Shown: piece by piece, positions 57,152 to 64,000 of the stretch
Layout: each line of letters starts with the position of its first letter
How positions within the stretch are numbered: the stretch's first letter is position 1
Assembly: GCA_963727895.1 (NCBI GenBank)
Contig: CAVSHT010000003.1
Span: 267,592 to 331,591 of the forward strand
Direction of reading: 5' to 3'
DNA length: 64,000 bases
Origin: an uncultured Methanosarcinaceae archaeon
Lineage (GTDB): Archaea > Halobacteriota > Methanosarcinia > Methanosarcinales > Methanosarcinaceae
Position numbers and translations under genes: made by a program
The notes under the pieces: generated by a model
Seen by the model: the letters and a program-made list of their open reading frames with translations, nothing else
The model's database searches: none
What the model was told of the DNA's origin: nothing

Positions 57152-58639
57152 TTACATGCCTCTAAATGCTTTATCAGCCCTGTCCACGACTGCCTGCATA
57201 TCCTTGAGAATATCTGCATCAATTGGCTTTACCTGGTAGTTTTTAAGAACATCTTCAACCTTCTCGTGTGCAACTGTTGCCAGGTCTTTTGATCCTGCTG
57301 CTGCCCAGTCTCCAAACATATGCCTGTCAATAAGCATTGGGTTAGAAGGATAGTCTACAAGCTGTCTGGTCTGTTTCAGGGCAAGGAAATTGTTTCCAAT
57401 CCCTACCTTCTGGATAGATTCAACTGCAAGAGTTTCTTCAGATACAGGAATTCCCTGCATGGCTTTCTTTACCATGCTAAAAATATCATTATCAATAACA
57501 AGCTGTTCCATTGAGAATGTCATTCCAAGCTCAAGCATCCCGGCTCCATAAATTGTGTTTGCACCAGCAAGTGCAGGCAGAAGAGTTGTCATAGTTTTCT
57601 CGTGTCCTGCCTGGTTATCCGGGATCTTGGCATCAGACTAAGAACCTGCCACATATGAAGGAAGACCATAGAACTGCGCGAGTTTTGCCACAGCCGCGCT
57701 TATCAAACCAAGTTCCGGAGATCCTACAGGCGCAGTACCTTTCTTCAGGTCAAAAGTAGTTGTTGAACTTCCATACCATACTTTGCTTCCTGGAACTGTA
57801 AGTTGAGCAAGTACAATTCCCGAAAGAACTTCTGCATTGTGTGTTACAAGAGTTCCTGCCAGGTAAACAGGAGATGATCCACCTGACATTGCCATACTCA
57901 GGACGTTAACCGGCATTCCGAAACGGGCACCTTTAATAATGACCTGACATGCATTTACACTGAGTTCTAGAGGGCTGGTTGGGCAGAGGAGCATTGAGAA
58001 AATTGGTTTCTTCCTTGCTTCTTCTTCGTCTCCCCCATAGTAGGCTGTTACAATATCCCTGTAATACTCTACATTTTCGCCAACAGGGTCAATGTGATGG
58101 TAGTGTTTTGCAGTATTTGCAATTGGAGTAAGTGTTTCGTGTACATCCTGGGCACCCTGGCCTGCAATATCCCTTGCAGAAACAGGCAGTGAGAAATAGT
58201 CAATGTTTTCTGCCCAATCACAGAGTTTTGCGATGTCTGCAATATCCTTTTCAACAGAGTCAACCGTTACGTACTTTCCATCCTGGTACTTGCACACCTT
58301 TACACCGGTACCAAAACAGGTCCAGTGAACTTTTCCTCCGCATTCTTGGACTGTATTGAACTTTTTGTCTCTGCCCCAAAGAACAAATCTTGACGGTGCA
58401 AGCTGAAGAGCTTTTCTTACCAGATATTCCGGAATTTTTACAACGTTTGTTTTCTCATCAACTTCACAACCATTTTCCTTGAAGATCTGTCTTGCTTCAG
58501 GGTCAGAAACCTGAATTCCAGGTTCCATCAGAACTTCCATGGTTGCATAGTGAATTGCCTTAAGTTCATCATTCGTAAAAAGGTTTAATTCTACGCCATT
58601 AAGTGCATTAAATCCTGCAACTGCATTATTTTTTGCCAT
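57152..58639 (-). CDS. mttB: Trimethylamine:corrinoid methyltransferase (495 aa) with pyrrolysine at codon 334
   Basis: The two track ORFs join in frame through the TAG at 57638-57640 ([21 protein letters not shown]); start [10 protein letters not shown] after GGAGG. Confidence 0.96.
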
Positions 58640-58676
58640 TTTTATAACCTCCAAATAAAAGCTGTCCTGAAACAAC

Positions 58677-58887
58677 TTAAATGAGCAGTTCCTTTGCCTT
58701 TACGACAGCTTCACTTGCATTTTCGGCATAACAGTCTGCACTGATTACTCCGACTGCAAGCCATTTTCAATTATTTTGAAAGGTTCCAGTTCTCCTTTAG
58801 CTATTTCAACTGCAGCAAGTACTGTATCCTTCTTACATGAGAAGACTGCATCAGAAAGTTCCTGAACAAGTCCTCTTTAGTTGCCAT
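58677..58887 (-). pseudogene. mtbC: Dimethylamine corrinoid protein remnant with a large internal deletion
   Basis: N-terminus (MATKE.LVQELSDAVFSCKKDTVLAAVE...IIENGL) joined to the C-terminus ([20 protein letters not shown]); the central DxHxxG domain is absent. Confidence 0.8.
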
Positions 58888-59549
58888 TTTTATATTCTAT
58901 GAATGCCAGAAGCTCTCTTCAATATCTGAAGATAAAAATAGAGTCTGGAACTCAGCCATATTTCTATAGTTTCGGAATTATTTAGCCTAAATCATGTAGG
59001 TTTTTCAAAAAAGATGAGAATTGGAATATTGCTTTGTATTTGAATATCCAATGAGATATTGTGAACTTTATAGGCAGGACTCAAACGATGAGATTTTTTA
59101 ATCGTATTAAAAATTTCAATGAAATTATATCAATTAAGATATATGCTTAAACAATAACAAGTTTCAAATAAGCTATATAAATTTAATTCATTTTCAATAA
59201 AAAAAGGGTCTTAATTTTCTTAGTCAAAGAAAGTATGCCTGTGGCATGATTTGAATAGCAACACAGCAGTTATAAATCGCTTGCTCTATTGTTTGATCTG
59301 TAAAGTTAAATTCTTATTTCCCAATTTCACTTGATGAAAGAAAGCTTTTTTCTTACCTTGTTAGATAAGCGGATGCTGGACTACAAAAAAGATATATAAA
59401 CAAAAAGAAATGCTATAGAAAAAACATAGCAAAAGCTTTGACTTTGTAGAAATCTCCATTATTTTATGATATTTTTTACTTATTCATCGCCTATTTGTAT
59501 TATTTTAGAAGTTTTCTGCAAAGCTCTAAATTTGTAAAAGCGGGGCTTA

Positions 59550-60224
59550 ATGCCTATTTTTAGGATAATATCAGAGTTGACAAATTTTAAAATAATGATT
59601 AGATATTTTATTTTAGTAGCTGGATTATTTTTTATGGGATTAGGAGTAGACCTAATCACAAAATCAAATTTGGGGACTTCTCCAATTTCAAGTGTTTCAT
59701 ATGTACTTAGTATGATATTTCCTCTTACATTTGGAGAAACTACTTTTTTAGTAAGCTTTTTGTTTATTCTTATTCAAATATTGATATTAAAAAAAGAGTT
59801 TCCAAAAGAACAATATCTTCAGGTGTTGGTGGGTCCAATTTTTGGATTTTTCATAGATTTTGGAATGAATGTATTCTCTTTCATAAATTCAACCTTTTAT
59901 TCTGAAAAAATCATTCTTTTGTTGATTGGTTACATCATTCTTTCTATAGGAATATATTTAGAAGTTTCAGCCAATGTAATCATAAATCCTGGTGAAGGCT
60001 TGGTAAAAACTATTGCCAATAAAACGAAAAAAGAGTTTGGAACTATAAAAGTTATGTTTGATTGTACTTTGGTTCTAAGTGCAGTTGCTATTTCACTTTT
60101 TGCTTTTAGTATATATGGTTTGGGAGAAGGAACAGTCATTTCTGCTGTACTTGTAGGATATATTACAAAAATAATTAGTAACATTTTTAAACATTTTTAT
60201 TTTGCAAAATTGCTTGCTAATTAA
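59550..60224 (+). CDS. YczE/YyaS/YitT-family membrane protein
   Basis: SNLGTSPISS, GFFIDF, NPGEGLV, GLGEGTV; several TM helices; low GC. Confidence 0.8.
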   Translation: MPIFRIISELTNFKIMIRYFILVAGLFFMGLGVDLITKSNLGTSPISSVSYVLSMIFPLTFGETTFLVSFLFILIQILILKKEFPKEQYLQVLVGPIFGFFIDFGMNVFSFINSTFYSEKIILLLIGYIILSIGIYLEVSANVIINPGEGLVKTIANKTKKEFGTIKVMFDCTLVLSAVAISLFAFSIYGLGEGTVISAVLVGYITKIISNIFKHFYFAKLLAN

Positions 60225-60256
60225 AATGAAATATGAATAAATAACCCTTTAAGTTT

Positions 60257-60559
60257 TTATAACTCAAGTTCTTGAACTATTGTCTTTCTCAAGTTTTCAT
60301 TTCTGTTGTGAATCCAGGTTATTCCTTTAAGTCCAACAGCAATTTTATTGCTTTGCTCCAGATAATCCAGAATAACCATAAGAGTATTATGATTTACCTG
60401 TTTTGGCAACATTTTTTTCAGTTCAGCAACAGTTACAACACTATCAGGGCTATTTTTCAGAGTATCTTCTACCATAAGAATCGTGTTAAGAGTTGGGGAA
60501 TATGTTTTTTTACCAGAACTTACGGCTTCTGCCACTTCTTTGCCTCCATAAGTTTTCAA
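60257..60559 (-). CDS. Small hypothetical protein, probably winged-helix (start may be the GTG at 60535)
   Basis: SPTLNTILMVEDTLK...ELKKMLPKQV...ILDYLEQSNKI...GITWI pattern; GGAGG before the GTG. Confidence 0.6.
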   Translation of the reverse strand: MKTYGGKEVAEAVSSGKKTYSPTLNTILMVEDTLKNSPDSVVTVAELKKMLPKQVNHNTLMVILDYLEQSNKIAVGLKGITWIHNRNENLRKTIVQELEL

Positions 60560-60959
60560 ATGACTATGATATTTTTTTAGTTATTGTTATATAACAAATA
60601 TTTATTAGTTAATAACTAACTAATATTTACAAATACTTATTCATTTTGGTGTAAAATTCATAGATTTATTTTAAATTTCTAGTAATGGTTCTTTGCTTTT
60701 TTATGTGTGGGTAATTTACATTTATTTCTTACTTTAGAAGTAGCATGTTTTAAATTTCGAATCCGTATGGTGTTGAAACTAAATTCAAGATCGATGTTTT
60801 TCAATTTTGGTCAGCCAATAACTGCAAGTTTAAAGAATATGAATCAGTCACTTTTGAAACTTTCTATAAAATAAATTATTTTACTTTCAAATAGTGGAAA
60901 ATAAAAAGAAATTAAAACTAAAAAGTAGTTAAAAATAGAAAAATTATTTTATCTTACTT

Positions 60960-62189
60960 TTACGAAACCTTCTCAATAATCTCTTCCAGCGTCAGAAGTT
61001 CCTGTTCTCCTGAAACCATATCCCTGAGCGTAAGTTTTCCAGCTTCGAGTTCTTTTTCTCCGACTATGACGACGTAATCGGTATTGATGGTATTTGCATA
61101 GGAAAGCTGGGCTTTAAAATTACGTTCCATGAGGTCTATATGGACTGGCACGTATTTTCTTAATTCATTTGCAAAGCCTATTGATTCCAGGTGAACGTCG
61201 GGTTTTGATATCAGCATAAGAGTTTTAGGAGCAGGAGGAGTAAGAGGGCAGATCTCCATAATCCGGTCAAAACCGATTCCGAAGCCTGTTGAAGGCACGT
61301 CTCCGCCTCCAAAAAGCTGGATAAGCTGGTAAGAGCCGCCTCCACAGACCTGTTTCTGGGCGCCTAGCCCCTCGGCATAGACTTCAAAAACCATACCTGT
61401 ATAATAGTCAAGCCCGCGGGCAATTCCGAAGTCAAGAGAATAATCTACTCCGTATGCGTCGAGAAGCTTGAGGGTTTTTTCAAAGCTCACAAGTTCAGGG
61501 ATATTTCCAACGATTTTCTTTACTTCGGGGAGGATATACTTGCCTTCCAGTTTTATCAGGTGGAAAAGGTCGGATTTGAGCTGCTCTTCGGCTCCTATTT
61601 CCTCAAGCAGAGCTTCAAGGCCAGCATACTCTTTTTTATCCACAAGCCGCATGACCTTGCTCACGATTTCGGATTCAAGCCCACTCAAAAGCGTACGTAT
61701 AACTGCAAGGTTTCCTAGCTTCATATCGCCTTTCACTCCAACGGCTTTTAATATGGCATCGGCAAGAGCAATTATCTCGGCATCTGAATCGGACCTTCCG
61801 CTTCCTATAAGTTCAACGCCGAACTGCCAGAATTCCCTGAAACGTCCTTTCTGTGGGCGCTCATAACGGAAACAATTCTCAAAATAAAATAATTTTAAAG
61901 GCTTCGGAAAAGATTGGAGCTCGTTCACATACAGGCGCATGACAGGAGCAGTAAGTTCAGGCCTAAGGGTCATTTCCCTGCCGCCTTTGTCCGTAAAGTT
62001 GTAGAGTTCTCCTATGACTCCTTCCCCTGATTTCAGGGTGAAAAGATCCAGATGTTCAAACGTGGGCGTAATGATTTCACTGTAACCCCATTTGTGGACA
62101 ATATCTCGCATAACACTTTCCACATATCTTCTCCGGGCAGTATTGGCAGGTAAAAAGTCCCGGGTCCCTCTTGGTTTATTTACTGTCAT
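60960..62189 (-). CDS. hisS: Histidyl-tRNA synthetase
   Basis: [43 protein letters not shown]. Confidence 0.97.
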   Translation of the reverse strand: MTVNKPRGTRDFLPANTARRRYVESVMRDIVHKWGYSEIITPTFEHLDLFTLKSGEGVIGELYNFTDKGGREMTLRPELTAPVMRLYVNELQSFPKPLKLFYFENCFRYERPQKGRFREFWQFGVELIGSGRSDSDAEIIALADAILKAVGVKGDMKLGNLAVIRTLLSGLESEIVSKVMRLVDKKEYAGLEALLEEIGAEEQLKSDLFHLIKLEGKYILPEVKKIVGNIPELVSFEKTLKLLDAYGVDYSLDFGIARGLDYYTGMVFEVYAEGLGAQKQVCGGGSYQLIQLFGGGDVPSTGFGIGFDRIMEICPLTPPAPKTLMLISKPDVHLESIGFANELRKYVPVHIDLMERNFKAQLSYANTINTDYVVIVGEKELEAGKLTLRDMVSGEQELLTLEEIIEKVS

Positions 62190-62499
62190 TTTTAAATGCA
62201 CCTGATAATCTCAAATTTAAGAAAACTGTTTTAAGGCATAATTTGGAGCTTTTTAGCGTTTCTGGATTGTAGTAGTTAAAAGCAATCTATTTTACTTTTT
62301 CGATGCTATCTGAGACCAGTAAAAAATATAGTTTTAGAACCTAATTAATATGTTTGTTCTGTAAAATAAAGTATAATGGATTCTAAAGGGGCAAGTTTTC
62401 GCAATCAAATAATTGTAAAGCAAATAAAGGCAAGTTTCAGTTGAATAATTTGATAAGCAGCTTAATATACATGATTCACACTAAATATTTGCGATCAAC

Positions 62500-63990
62500 G
62501 TGTCAGAGCAAAGAAGTGTACCTTTAAGGAAGCATCTGCTTGACCTGAAACCCTGCAGACATGGAGGGCTAATTCGGGAAACATCTGAAACTTATAGGAT
62601 TCCTGAAAGCGAAATTCTTGACTTCAGTGCAAACTTTAATCCTCTGGGAAATCCTTTTGAGTATCCGGAAAGCGGATTGAACTTTGATGAGATTCTTAAA
62701 ACTAGTTTTGAAAAACTTACTGAATATCCTGATAACAGGTATCCTGAGTTTCGAGAGGCTGCTGCAAATTTTGTAGGGCTTGGAGTAACCCCGGAGAACA
62801 TAATTCCAGGTAATGGTTCAACAGAAATTATCAGGCTTGTAGTAGAATGTGTTGTTGAAAAAGGTGATATTGTCCTTCTTCCCTGGCCCACTTTCGGAGA
62901 ATATGAGAAGCAGTGCCGGATTATGGGAGCAAATGTCCAGCACCCAAGCCAGGAAGAAGTAAAAACGCTTTCCGACGAAATTCTGGAAAAAACAAAAATC
63001 CTGTTTATATGCAACCCTAATAACCCGACAGGGAAACTCCGTACAAGAGAAGAAATTAAGATCCTTGCTGAACGCTGCACAAAGAATAAAACCCTTCTTT
63101 TCGTTGATGAGGCTTTTATTGAACTTTCCGATCCCGCACAAAGCGTTGCAGACCTTGCAGCAAATAACAATTATGTTTTTGTTATGCGTTCCCTTACAAA
63201 GGACTTTGCAATTCCGGGAATCAGGATGGGCTTCGGAATAGCTTCCCCTGAAGTAGCTGAAATCCTGGATACTGCCAGGCTTTCCTGGAATCTTGGAACT
63301 ATTGCAAGCGCTGTAGGTACTAGCCTTCTTAACATCAAAGACGGGATAGACAATCCTTACCTGAAAGAAGCAAGAGTCATGATTAGAGAAGAAGGCGAAA
63401 AGCTTAAAGCCAAACTCGACAGCATAAGAGGTTTTACAGCTGGGAAAGTAAATGTAAACTTTATAGTTGTCAATATCAGTAAATTCATGCTTGATTCTAC
63501 GGAATTAAATAAACGTCTGGCAGCACATGGGATCCTAATTAGGGACTGTTCTTCAATCTATGGTCTTGGAAAAGACTACATAAGAGTTGCAGTTCGGACT
63601 GCAGAAGAAAACGACAGGCTGATTTCTGCTATAGGGGATGTTATTACCGAGTGGGGAAAAGAGCAGGCGAAAAACGAACTCCAGCATGTTATCGAGAAAG
63701 CTTCTGAAGAAGGCATAGGAGGCAGGAAAACCTGTGAGTACTATCCCTGCCATTTTGAAGGTCAGAACTGTACTTTCTGCTTCTGTCCATTCTATCCCTG
63801 TGAAAATGAGCGTACAGGAGGAAAATGGATCGAGAGTTCAAGAGGCGGAAAGATATGGAGCTGCTCTGATTGTCATCTTGTTCACAAGACAGAAACAGCT
63901 CAGAAAATCCTTGATTGCCTTATGCAAGAAGGAGATACTGATGAGCTTGTGAAACTAGCCTGGAAGAAAGTAATGGAGCCTATCTTATGA
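62500..63990 (+). CDS. cobD: L-threonine-O-3-phosphate decarboxylase with C-terminal Cys-rich domain
   Basis: HGG, DFSANFNP, GNGSTE, CNPNNPTG, DEAFIE, RSLTKDFAIPGIRMG; tail CEYYPCH..CTFCFCPFYPC...CSDCHLVH. The next gene begins at the overlapping ATG 63987. Confidence 0.9.
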   Translation: MSEQRSVPLRKHLLDLKPCRHGGLIRETSETYRIPESEILDFSANFNPLGNPFEYPESGLNFDEILKTSFEKLTEYPDNRYPEFREAAANFVGLGVTPENIIPGNGSTEIIRLVVECVVEKGDIVLLPWPTFGEYEKQCRIMGANVQHPSQEEVKTLSDEILEKTKILFICNPNNPTGKLRTREEIKILAERCTKNKTLLFVDEAFIELSDPAQSVADLAANNNYVFVMRSLTKDFAIPGIRMGFGIASPEVAEILDTARLSWNLGTIASAVGTSLLNIKDGIDNPYLKEARVMIREEGEKLKAKLDSIRGFTAGKVNVNFIVVNISKFMLDSTELNKRLAAHGILIRDCSSIYGLGKDYIRVAVRTAEENDRLISAIGDVITEWGKEQAKNELQHVIEKASEEGIGGRKTCEYYPCHFEGQNCTFCFCPFYPCENERTGGKWIESSRGGKIWSCSDCHLVHKTETAQKILDCLMQEGDTDELVKLAWKKVMEPIL

Positions 63991-64000
63991 TTGTGCCTGA

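Noticed and set aside
57638..57640. mttB split into two ORFs, as a pseudogene or a novelty
   Set aside because: This is the well-known pyrrolysine codon at position 334.

Overview
Window from a Methanosarcina-type methanogen (mer, fpoF, mttB/mttC, AglB, C-terminally extended CobD). In order: (1) cimA-ilvB-ilvN-ilvC plus a nitroreductase; (2) tRNA-Arg(CCG) followed by a ~5.3 kb decayed accessory segment (IS1 inserted into a RelE-type toxin, antitoxin with a nonsense codon, IS110 with a structured non-coding end, DUF2971-like pseudogene, MITE); (3) nfnAB/sudAB; (4) a ~21 kb glycosylation cluster (manC, rmlCBDA, flippase, seven glycosyltransferases, two tandem aglB); (5) aksE/aksF, mntP, redox/flavoprotein genes, a second IS1 and a secreted beta-helix gene with a ~520 nt structured leader; (6) mer-fpoF-nadM; (7) a trimethylamine locus (internally deleted mtbC, pyrrolysine-containing mttB, mttC, mttP, two small ORFs) followed by a winged-helix regulator with an in-frame amber codon, a dCache histidine kinase and a response regulator; (8) hisS and cobD. 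Many core genes carry single-base indels that look like consensus errors, so frameshift-based pseudogene calls are provisional. The best leads are the amber-containing regulator beside the methylamine genes, the repeat-bearing leader at 45958-46480, the candidate IS110 bridge RNA, and a 13-nt hairpin motif shared by two non-coding regions of the mtt locus. All family assignments come from motif recognition; no searches were run.
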